Source: a virus
Lineage: Duplodnaviria > Caudoviricetes
Virus record (IMG/VR): IMGVR_UViG_3300026302_000060
Span: 1-59,002 of that record
Length of the DNA: 59,002 nucleotides
Direction: 5' to 3' (one strand)
Below, one piece after another: positions 48,491 through 56,728 of the stretch. The notes below the pieces were generated by a model. It saw only the letters and a list, made by a program, of their open reading frames with translations, searched no databases and was not told where the DNA came from. Positions within the stretch are counted from its first letter, which is position 1. Each line of letters opens with the position of its first letter. Made by a program: the position numbers and the translations under genes.

Positions 48491-49749
48491 TGCGGGTGCG
48501 CCTGCGACACCGCGCGACCGGTCTGTCGGGTCGCCCCGGCTGGCTGCTCAGCCCTGATGCGCTGATCGACATGGACTTCGCCGGGGCGCGCTACTTCGGC
48601 AAGCAGCTGGGCGATCTCACCGTCACGCGTGCCAGCGCTGGCTACGCTCAGGATCAGGCGGGCAATTGGCAGGCGTTCGGCGCAAACATTCCCCGGGTCA
48701 CCAATCGCGGCCTGCTTGTCGAAAGCGCGCGCACGAACGCCATCCGCAACAACGCGATGCAAGGGGCAGTGGCTGGGACGCCCGGAACAGCTCCGGCTAA
48801 CTGGCAGATCGCGACCGCCCTTAACGGGCTGGTCCGCTCGATTGTGGGAATTGGGACGGAGGCAGGCATAGATTATATCGATGTCCGGCTGGCCGGGACG
48901 ACAACTGCCACAACCGCGTTTGATATTAACCCGGAGTCCTGGAACGCAGTCCCTGCGGCAGCCGGGCAACAGTGGAGCGGCTCAGCGTTTTTGCGAGTAG
49001 TCGGGGGATCAACCACGGGCCTCACCACTTGCTATTTGTGGCTGTATGAGCTGTCCAGCAGCGCGGGGTTTTTGGCTACATCTGGTGGCCAGATTACGCC
49101 AACGCCCACGATGGCGCGGCTGATCGGAACACGCACATTATCAAATGCGTCAGTGGCTTTTGTCCGCCCGATCCTACAACTGCAATTTGCCGCAGGGGCG
49201 AGCGTGGACATCACCCTACGCATCGGTTGGCCGCAACTCGAACAAGGCGGCTACGCCACCAGCCCGATCCGAACGACCGGGGCAGCTCAGACGCGTGCAG
49301 CCGACCTCATATCTTTTCCTGTTTCGGGCGTGCCGAATTCCTTTTCGGTCATCTGCTCGGCGGCTCACGCGCCCGCGCTTGGGCAAGGGCTACTGTGCAA
49401 TCTCAAGACCTCCGGCTCACCTCACGTGATGTTCGGCAGCAGCGGCTCCCCCAACCTCGGACGCATGGAAATTGGTGACGGGCAGGGGTGGTCAGTGAAC
49501 CGATCCAATACGCTGCTCACCCCCGGCCAACGGTTCAAGTCAGCATTTGCGTACACCACAAACTCGTCTCGCTTGTCGGTCAACGGCGGCGCGGTCACGT
49601 CCAACATCCCGAGCAGCGTCGTCGTTCCAAGCCTGATCTATCTGGGCAGCGCTTCTTGGGGTGCGCTGCAGTGGGGCGGGTACATCGAGCGGGTCACGCT
49701 GGTGCCAGCGTTCTTGACCAACACCGAACTGCAGGGGATCACACAATGA
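48490..49749 (+). CDS. Putative spike/fibre protein with carbohydrate-binding-like domains
   Basis: TRAS..PR..GLLVESARTN, QLEQG..ATSPI.T....TRAAD. Confidence 0.7.
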   Translation: MRVRLRHRATGLSGRPGWLLSPDALIDMDFAGARYFGKQLGDLTVTRASAGYAQDQAGNWQAFGANIPRVTNRGLLVESARTNAIRNNAMQGAVAGTPGTAPANWQIATALNGLVRSIVGIGTEAGIDYIDVRLAGTTTATTAFDINPESWNAVPAAAGQQWSGSAFLRVVGGSTTGLTTCYLWLYELSSSAGFLATSGGQITPTPTMARLIGTRTLSNASVAFVRPILQLQFAAGASVDITLRIGWPQLEQGGYATSPIRTTGAAQTRAADLISFPVSGVPNSFSVICSAAHAPALGQGLLCNLKTSGSPHVMFGSSGSPNLGRMEIGDGQGWSVNRSNTLLTPGQRFKSAFAYTTNSSRLSVNGGAVTSNIPSSVVVPSLIYLGSASWGALQWGGYIERVTLVPAFLTNTELQGITQ

Positions 49750-50153
49750 TCGACCAGCTCCATGCCTATCCTGATCAGGCGACGGCTGAGGCGGCTTTCC
49801 CCCGGCCCGATGGGGAGGACGCCGCTGTCTGCTGGCTGGTGGGCACAGCCACCGTCATGCCGGTCACGATCCTGCTCGCCGGTCCCGAAGGCCCGGTGGC
49901 TCAGCCAGATTATTGGCTGGGCGTGTCTCTACCAGCGGCCTCACCGGAGGCGGATGCGCTTTGGTCTCTCCCCTCAGCACAGGTCGAACTGGCCCGCGCC
50001 GAGGGTGAGCCGACGCACTGGCTGACCTGCGTGACGCGTTCGCGCGTGGCGCCGGAGGTGGTGGCGGCTGTCGTCGGGGTGACCCCGCTGTTTGCGGGGT
50101 CTAGTTACGTCTTTGCGTCTCTCGCCAAAACGGTCACGGTTGATGGGGCCTGA
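49746..50153 (+). CDS. Hypothetical phage protein
   Basis: ATGA coupling to spike gene. Confidence 0.5.
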   Translation: MIDQLHAYPDQATAEAAFPRPDGEDAAVCWLVGTATVMPVTILLAGPEGPVAQPDYWLGVSLPAASPEADALWSLPSAQVELARAEGEPTHWLTCVTRSRVAPEVVAAVVGVTPLFAGSSYVFASLAKTVTVDGA

Positions 50154-50260
50154 CGCCCCGCCCGATGCACACAGGCGGCTGCACGTTTTGCTGCCGCTCC
50201 TCTCTCGGGCGCGGTGCCCGAACCGAAGCGCTGATACTGGCGCCGACACAGGAATCCTCC

Positions 50261-51127
50261 ATGACAAACACATTGACCCGTGCGGGGCTCTCCCGCGCGG
50301 CAGAAATCCTGCGCGCGGGCGCAGATGGTATCGCCCTCCTGCGCACGGTGATGGCGGTGGAGTGTCGCGGCTCCGGCTTCGACAGGCGCGGGCGTGTCCT
50401 GATCCTGTATGAACCCCACATCGCCTGGCGCGAGGCTGGCGAACCGGATCGGACAAGGCTTTCCGCGCGGGGGCTGGCCTATCCCAAATGGGGTCAGCGC
50501 CCCTATCCGAAGGACAGCTACCCGGCTTTCACGGCAGCGGCGGATATCAATCGGGAAATCGCCTGCCGCGCGTGCTCCTGGGGCCTCGGTCAGCTGCTCG
50601 GCACCAATCACAAGGCGGCGGGGTATCCCTCTGCGGTGGCCATGGCCTCGGCTTTCGCGGGTGGCGAAGATGAGCAGGCAGCGGCTATGGCCCGCTTCAT
50701 CGTGGCCAATCCGGCCATGCACCGCGCGCTGCTGGCGCACGATTGGGCGGGTTTCGCCTCGCGCTACAACGGCCCCGGCTACGCGAAGAACGCCTATCAC
50801 ACGAAGCTTGCCGCTGCGAATGCCCGCTTTTCCCGCGACCCGTGGGCGGGGTTCGGCGGTCCTGCGACCGGCCGGACGCAGGTCGATACGTCGCGTGCGG
50901 CGAACAATGCTGCGGCCACAGGGATAGCGGGCGCGGTTGCAGCGCCTGCTGCCACCGTTGCCGTGCAATCCACGACGCAGCCCCCGCCGCCCCCCGATAC
51001 CCCGCCCGCCGCGCCGTCGATCTGGCCGGCTGTGACACTGGGCCTCGTGTTCGCGCTCGTCGCGGGCGTTCTCATCTTCAAAGCCATCAAATCGCGCCCC
51101 TTCGAGCGCGCCCCGCAGGAGGGTTGA
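50261..51127 (+). CDS. Endolysin, DUF3380 N-acetylmuramidase family, C-terminal TM tail
   Basis: VMAVECRGSGF, ILYEPH, SWGLGQLLG, WAGFASRYNGPGY. Confidence 0.88.
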   Translation: MTNTLTRAGLSRAAEILRAGADGIALLRTVMAVECRGSGFDRRGRVLILYEPHIAWREAGEPDRTRLSARGLAYPKWGQRPYPKDSYPAFTAAADINREIACRACSWGLGQLLGTNHKAAGYPSAVAMASAFAGGEDEQAAAMARFIVANPAMHRALLAHDWAGFASRYNGPGYAKNAYHTKLAAANARFSRDPWAGFGGPATGRTQVDTSRAANNAAATGIAGAVAAPAATVAVQSTTQPPPPPDTPPAAPSIWPAVTLGLVFALVAGVLIFKAIKSRPFERAPQEG

Positions 51128-51128
51128 A

Positions 51129-51695
51129 ATGGACTGGACCGATCTCGCAAAAATTCTCTCTCCGCTTGCGCCGCTTCTCGGTGGCGTCCTCGGTGGCCCT
51201 GCCGGCGCGGCGGCTGGTTCTGTTGTCGGCGGCATTGTCGGCAAGGCGCTGGGCGTTGAGCCCGAGCCGGGCGCTATCGCTGATGCGATCAAGGCTGACC
51301 CGGAAGGCGCGCGCGAAAAGCTCGCCCAAGCCGATGCCGACCACGGCGCTTCCGTCATCGAGATGGAAGCCCGGATGCTCGACACGATCAATGCGACGAT
51401 GCGTGAGGAGATGAAATCCGAACACTGGCTGGCGTGGTGCTGGCGGCCGCTCTTCGGGATCACGTTCAACCTCGTCTGGACCATCCATGGGCTGCTGATC
51501 GGCTGGTGCATGTGGCAGCGCGATTTCAGTGTGATCGCGCGCATCCCTGACCTGACCGTCTTCTATGGCGTCGCGGGCGCAGCTGTCGGCATCTATGCGT
51601 GGCGGCGCACGGACGAGAAGAAGCTCGGCATTGCCGGGCCGGTTATCAGCATCGCCAACGCCGCCACCACCATCGCCAAGGCCGTCAAGAAATGA
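51129..51695 (+). CDS. Holin (3TM/GTA-type)
   Basis: APLLGGVLGGPAG, WRPLFG, TM helices, RTDEK; follows endolysin. Confidence 0.75.
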   Translation: MDWTDLAKILSPLAPLLGGVLGGPAGAAAGSVVGGIVGKALGVEPEPGAIADAIKADPEGAREKLAQADADHGASVIEMEARMLDTINATMREEMKSEHWLAWCWRPLFGITFNLVWTIHGLLIGWCMWQRDFSVIARIPDLTVFYGVAGAAVGIYAWRRTDEKKLGIAGPVISIANAATTIAKAVKK

Positions 51696-51964
51696 ACGAT
51701 ATCACCTTGCCGCTGATGGCGTTTGTGACGCTGGCCACCATTCTCGCCTCGGCGGCCGCCTCGTGGGCGGTCACCAAGCGCCTCGCTGAAAACGCCGAGA
51801 AAAAGGCAGCTGCTGTCGAGAAGGATCTCGCGGACTTCAAGGTCGAAGCCGCCCGTCGTTTTGTCACGGACGAGATGCTGGCCAAGGTCGAGGAGCGCAT
51901 TGTCGGCGCTATCGACCGGCTGGCTGACCGCCTTGATCGCATCATTGAAGGTCGTGTGAAATGA
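51692..51964 (+). CDS. Membrane-anchored coiled-coil protein of lysis cassette
   Basis: N-terminal TM, LADFKVEAARRFV..RLDR. Confidence 0.6.
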   Translation: MNDITLPLMAFVTLATILASAAASWAVTKRLAENAEKKAAAVEKDLADFKVEAARRFVTDEMLAKVEERIVGAIDRLADRLDRIIEGRVK

Positions 51965-53238
51965 GAGCAACCGGCAAACATCTGTCGAAGGAAGAGCACG
52001 CTGCGCTCCGCACGCTCCTCCTCACCGGGATCAATCCGAGCCATGCCGCGCGGCAGCTTGGGATGGACCCCCGCACTGCCCGCCGCGCCGCCAAGGCGCT
52101 GTCGAGCGCCGCCCCTGCACCTGAAGCGCCTGCCGATCCTGTCGAGCTCCGTCGCCTGCGTGACCGGATCTCGGCAGTCGTGCGTGAGCGGGACGAGACG
52201 GCCCGCCGCGCCGCCAAGGCCGAGGATATCCGCGGCGCGGTGTTCGGCCTGGTGGATGGCCCCCTTGAGCCTGTCGCCTTTCCGGCGCTCGGACGGGGCG
52301 AGGCGAAGGCTGAAACAATCATCGTGTTCCTCTCCGATCTGCATTGGGGCGAGCGGGTCGATCTCGCGCAGATGGACGGGCTCAACAGCTACGGCCTCGA
52401 TATCGCCCGCGCACGCCTCGCCCGGTGTTTCCGCACCATCGCCGATCTTTCGACCGCGCATTGGTCCGGCCCGCCCCCGGATCGGCTGATCCTGATCCTC
52501 GGTGGCGATCTGGTTTCGGGTGAAATCCACGCCGAGCTTGCAAAGACGAACGAGGCGCAGTCCATTCCCGCGGTGCGGGATCTGGTGGGCCACCTCGTGG
52601 CGGGGATCAACCTGCTCAAATCGAGCCTCGCCTGTCCGATCGATATCATCAGCCTTGCCGGCAATCATGGTCGCTCGACCATGAAGCCTGAGAGCAAGGG
52701 GTCGGCCGAGACGAGCTACGATATCCTCGCCTCGGATTTCCTTGAGATGCAGTTCAGGGATGATGCCCGCGTATCATTCTACACGCCGGCCTCGGTCGAT
52801 GCGCTGTTCTCCGTCTATGGCTGGCGCATCATGGCAACGCATGGCGACCGTATCGGCTCGCGGGGTGGGGCCGGGTTCATCGGCCCGGCGGCGACGGCCG
52901 CGCGTGGCTTCAAGCGCATCGCGGCGGATTACGCGGCGCGCGGCATCCTGCTCGATCTTGTCCTGATCGGCCATTTCCACACGCCGCTCCAGCTTGAGGA
53001 GGGATTCGTCAACGGTTCTCTGCCGGGGCCGACCGAGTATTCCCGTGATGGCCGTTTCCGGCCTCACCAGGCGCAGCAGCTCTTTCTCGCCATCCATCCC
53101 CGCCGCGGCGTGACCCAGCATCGCTGGATCAAGGTGGGCGTGCCGGAAGAGGGAAGCCTCTATGCGCCGCCGCCTGATGATCGCCCGCTGCGCCCGCGCT
53201 TTCGCGTTCCCGCCATCACGACGAGGTCTCCGGTATGA
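51961..53238 (+). CDS. HTH plus calcineurin-like metallophosphoesterase
   Basis: SDLHWG, GDLV, GNHGR, HGD, GHFH; N-terminal AARQLGMDPRT. Confidence 0.85.
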   Translation: MRATGKHLSKEEHAALRTLLLTGINPSHAARQLGMDPRTARRAAKALSSAAPAPEAPADPVELRRLRDRISAVVRERDETARRAAKAEDIRGAVFGLVDGPLEPVAFPALGRGEAKAETIIVFLSDLHWGERVDLAQMDGLNSYGLDIARARLARCFRTIADLSTAHWSGPPPDRLILILGGDLVSGEIHAELAKTNEAQSIPAVRDLVGHLVAGINLLKSSLACPIDIISLAGNHGRSTMKPESKGSAETSYDILASDFLEMQFRDDARVSFYTPASVDALFSVYGWRIMATHGDRIGSRGGAGFIGPAATAARGFKRIAADYAARGILLDLVLIGHFHTPLQLEEGFVNGSLPGPTEYSRDGRFRPHQAQQLFLAIHPRRGVTQHRWIKVGVPEEGSLYAPPPDDRPLRPRFRVPAITTRSPV

Positions 53239-53528
53239 GCGATGTGAAAACGGATGTGCTGGCCGAGGCACAGCGGATTGTCACCGGTGCCCGCCGTGCG
53301 GCCTATGGATCGCCCGAGGATAATTTCCGAAGGATTTCCGACCTCTGGAACACGCATATGCTCAACACCGGCCGCGCGGCGGTTTTCCAGCCGCGCGATG
53401 TGGCAACCCTGATGATCCTGATGAAGCTGGCGCGGCTGGCAGAATCTCCAGACCATCGGGATTCCATCGTGGATATCATGGGCTATGCGGCCTGTTATGC
53501 CGAGATGGTGCTGCCTCCCGGCGCGTGA
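53235..53528 (+). CDS. DUF6378-like protein
   Basis: R..AYG.P..NF.RI..LW, KLAR, DSIVDIMGYA. Confidence 0.75.
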   Translation: MSDVKTDVLAEAQRIVTGARRAAYGSPEDNFRRISDLWNTHMLNTGRAAVFQPRDVATLMILMKLARLAESPDHRDSIVDIMGYAACYAEMVLPPGA

Positions 53529-53667
53529 CGGCGGAGCATCGGGGCGCGCCAACGCCCCTCCGCCGCGGGGTTCCGTTTCCCGACGAACCCGCGAAGCCTC
53601 ATGAAACGCGAAAAGGCTATCCGCCGTGTGCTGCGCACGCACGGTTTCGCTATAGCCTGTTCGTGGA

Positions 53668-54522
53668 ATGTTCTCAATGGCAAGTGACGATTTCCGGCGG
53701 GTTGATCCCGTCTCTCCACCGGCGGCCTATATCGGCGGCAAGAAGCAGCTGGCGGCGCGGTTGGTATCCCTGATCGAGCGCGTGCCACACCGGACCTATG
53801 CCGAACCCTTTATTGGCATGGGCGGGGTGTTTCTGAGGCGCCGTCTTGCTGCGCCGGCCGAGGTTATCAATGACCTGTCAGGCGATGTCTCGACGCTCTT
53901 CCGAATTCTGCAACGGCACTATGTCCCGTTTATGGATATGCTGCGGTTCCAGTTCACCAGCCGCAGGGATTTCGAGAGGCTGATGACCACAGATCCAGCA
54001 ACCCTCACCGATCTGGAGCGGGCTGTTCGGTTTCTTTACCTGCAGCGCACGGCTTTCGGCGGCAAGGTCGCGGGGCGCAACTTCGGCATGTCGCCCGGAA
54101 TGCCGGGCCGTTTCGATGTCACGAAGCTGGGCCCGATGCTTGCGGATATCAATGAGCGGATGGCTGGTGTCATCATCGAGAACCTGCCCTTCGATTCCTT
54201 TATCCGACGCTATGACGGGCCAGATGTTCTGTTTTACCTCGATCCGCCCTATTGGGGTTCAGAGGGCGACTATGGCAAGGATATGTTCGGCGTGGATGAC
54301 TTTGTCCGCCTTGCCGGGCAGCTCTCCGGTATCTCTGGGCAATTTATCCTCTCTATCAATGACGAGCCTGCCGTGCGTGAGGTCTTTTCGGGCTTTGCCA
54401 TGGAGGTGGTGGATCTGGCTTACACGATCAGCAGCGGCGGCCCCAAGTGCGTGCGCGAGCTGATCATCACGCCACATGATCTGCCGTTGCGCGATATTTC
54501 ACAGCAAAGCCTTTTTGGCTGA
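53668..54522 (+). CDS. D12-class N6-adenine DNA methyltransferase (Dam-like), intact
   Basis: YIGGK, EPFIGMGGV, EVIND, YLDPPY. Confidence 0.92.
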   Translation: MFSMASDDFRRVDPVSPPAAYIGGKKQLAARLVSLIERVPHRTYAEPFIGMGGVFLRRRLAAPAEVINDLSGDVSTLFRILQRHYVPFMDMLRFQFTSRRDFERLMTTDPATLTDLERAVRFLYLQRTAFGGKVAGRNFGMSPGMPGRFDVTKLGPMLADINERMAGVIIENLPFDSFIRRYDGPDVLFYLDPPYWGSEGDYGKDMFGVDDFVRLAGQLSGISGQFILSINDEPAVREVFSGFAMEVVDLAYTISSGGPKCVRELIITPHDLPLRDISQQSLFG

Positions 54523-54530
54523 CAACATCT

Positions 54531-54573
54531 GCCCCGTTGCCGGTTCGCCGGTGGCGGGGCTTTTTGCGTTTTT
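54531..54573 (+). terminator. Rho-independent terminator
   Basis: GCCCCG-TTGCCGG-TTCG-CCGGTGG-CGGGGC followed by TTTTT. Confidence 0.8.
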
Positions 54574-54574
54574 G

Positions 54575-54629
54575 GGTGCGACAATCGTCGAAAATTCTCC
54601 ATGCATTTCAGTGATGGAAGGTGCGACAA
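54575..54629. promoter_or_regulatory. Putative integrase arm-type sites, right
   Basis: GGTGCGACAATCGT (54575-54588) and GGTGCGACAA (54620-54629). Confidence 0.65.
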
Positions 54630-54671
54630 ATCGCACTTGTTTACCGTTGAATCTATTGAATTGGATTGCGA

Positions 54672-54690
54672 CCCTTGGGAGCGCCAATCA
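54672..54690 (+). repeat. att core, right copy
   Basis: CCCTTGGGAGCGCCAATCA, duplicate of tRNA-Glu 3' end. Confidence 0.92.
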
Positions 54691-54809
54691 TGCCCGAAAT
54701 GCATGAATTTTCACGTCTTTTGCGCCATGCCGCCACAGCATTCGATGCTTTGGTGAGCAATTTGGTGATAGATTCGGTGATAAAGACTCCCCGATACGGG
54801 GGCAATCGC

Positions 54810-56603
54810 ATGGGCCGGATCAGTTCTACTGGCATCAAATTCATGACGAGCCGCGATGGCTTGTGGATTTACCACCGGGCCATTCGGGCAGACCTTGCAC
54901 GGCATATTGAGGGTTCGATCAAGCTCTCCTGGCGCGGGAAGGTGGCCTCGATCTCGGGCAAGAAGGTCATCAAGATCGCGCTTGGCACCGATGATCGGAC
55001 CGAAGGTGCGATGCGCCATGCGGAGGTTCATGCGCAGATCGAGCGTTTGATTGCCAAGGCCAAATTGAAGGCCCTGGCGGAGGCACCGACGGCGGTGGAA
55101 GGGCGTCTTTCGCACGAACAAATCAGAGCGATAGGCGAATCCATCAAGCATCGCGACCTTGCCGAGGATGACTTCCTTTCCGTCGATGACGGCAGCGGCG
55201 ACGACATTCTTCTGGAAGATGGCACGCCAACCACATGGTTTGACGTGCTTGAACAAGTCGAACAGGGGCAGCTTGAGAAGACCCGTGACGCGCTGAAAAA
55301 CCGCGATCTTTCCAGCCTCCTCGACCCTCAGGTGCTGACCGATGAAGATGGGGAATCCATCGAAATCGAGCCACCCTTGGACCGCGAACTGGAATCCGTC
55401 GGCATCGTGCTCCCGCCGGATCATCCTGATCGTCGCATTCTAGCTTTGGAAATTCTGCGCGCAAAATCTCAGGTGCTGGACGCAAAACAGAAGCGCCGTC
55501 AGGGCGAGGTCATTCCAACCCCACCCAAGCCCGTGATTGAAAAGCCGGTAATGGGCCTTCCGATCAGTCAGGCATTCCAGAAATTCTCAATCCAGCGTGA
55601 ATTACGTCCAAACACGCGCGATGATTATGAAAATCAGGTCAAAAGGTTCGTCTCGCTTCATGGCGATCTTGCTGTCGAGATTATCGACAAATCGCACCTG
55701 CGTGCATTTGGTGAAATGCTCCGCGATCATCCGCGCCGCCTGCCCAAGCATTTGATCGGAGCGCCACTGCCGGAAATCGCCCAATTTGGCCGGGACAATC
55801 CCGAGTTGCCCAGGCTTTCACCCCAGACCATCAATGATCGTAGCTTAGGCGCGATCGGCGCGATCTTGGGCTGGGCGGTGGAAAACGGAATCGTCGATCA
55901 GAATGCGCGCTCGGGCGTGAAGCTCTCCATGCCGAAAAAGAGGAAGGGGACGAAAGAGCGCGTCGGCTATGATGACGATGATCTGAAGCTGATTTTCAGC
56001 CAGCCGTGGTTTTCCGGCGGGAAAATCCCTCGCGGCGGCGGCGGAAAAGCGGCAATCTGGATGCCGCTGATCGCTGCGTTCTCTGGTGCGCGCTTGACGG
56101 AGATATGCCAGCTCAAAACAGCCGATATCCGATCGGAAACAGCCCCTTCAGGTCGAAAAATCACATATTTCGATTTTGCTGAGGGCGAAGATAAATCGCT
56201 CAAGAACGATGGGTCAGAACGGCGGGTGCCTATCCATCCGGAACTGATCCGCCTTGGTCTCCTCGATTATGTCGAGGATCAGCGGAAGAAAAAGATCGAC
56301 CGGCTCTTCCCGGAAGTATCATCCAAGGGACCGCAACTTTCGTCCGCCTGGTCCAAATGGTTCGGCAAGACCATGCGCGAGGCCGGCATCACGGACACCA
56401 GAAAAGTGTTCCACAGCTTCCGGCACCGGTTCAAAACCCAGCATCGCGCCTGCCATATCCTCGAAGCGGTTGGCGATGCCATCACTGGCCACGCGTCAGA
56501 AACGGTCGGCGGCGATTATGGCGAGGTGACCCTCGAGACCAAGGCCGAGGCGATGGACCTGCTGATTTATCCCGGATTGAACCTGAGCCATGTGAAGGCG
56601 TGA
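54810..56603 (+). CDS. Tyrosine recombinase/integrase with long N-terminal extension
   Basis: SGARLTEICQL, LKN, FHSFRH, TGH, DYG. Confidence 0.9.
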   Translation: MGRISSTGIKFMTSRDGLWIYHRAIRADLARHIEGSIKLSWRGKVASISGKKVIKIALGTDDRTEGAMRHAEVHAQIERLIAKAKLKALAEAPTAVEGRLSHEQIRAIGESIKHRDLAEDDFLSVDDGSGDDILLEDGTPTTWFDVLEQVEQGQLEKTRDALKNRDLSSLLDPQVLTDEDGESIEIEPPLDRELESVGIVLPPDHPDRRILALEILRAKSQVLDAKQKRRQGEVIPTPPKPVIEKPVMGLPISQAFQKFSIQRELRPNTRDDYENQVKRFVSLHGDLAVEIIDKSHLRAFGEMLRDHPRRLPKHLIGAPLPEIAQFGRDNPELPRLSPQTINDRSLGAIGAILGWAVENGIVDQNARSGVKLSMPKKRKGTKERVGYDDDDLKLIFSQPWFSGGKIPRGGGGKAAIWMPLIAAFSGARLTEICQLKTADIRSETAPSGRKITYFDFAEGEDKSLKNDGSERRVPIHPELIRLGLLDYVEDQRKKKIDRLFPEVSSKGPQLSSAWSKWFGKTMREAGITDTRKVFHSFRHRFKTQHRACHILEAVGDAITGHASETVGGDYGEVTLETKAEAMDLLIYPGLNLSHVKA

Positions 56604-56728
56604 CCGAATCAAGTGAACGCTACTTCACCTTATTGATGTAATTGGCGATCATCCTTGCATTTCGATTCGTTGGCGGGTTTTGTAATTGCGAAGACTAAGC
56701 AGAGTTTGCGTTAGGGTGGGTCTAGGAC

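Larger units (their letters stand above)
2856..54690. mobile_element. Prophage (~51.8 kb), lambda-like head with P2-like contractile tail, integrated at tRNA-Glu
   Basis: Bounded by identical 19-bp repeats of the tRNA 3' end; integrase at left edge; immunity, replication, packaging, head, tail and lysis modules all present. Confidence 0.93.

Noticed and set aside
45019-49749. Diversity-generating retroelement or invertible fibre cassette
   Set aside because: No reverse transcriptase, no TR/VR pair and no invertase seen
54666-54809. Upstream extension of the second integrase ORF
   Set aside because: Runs through the att core and GGTGA repeats; ATG 54810 is the more plausible start
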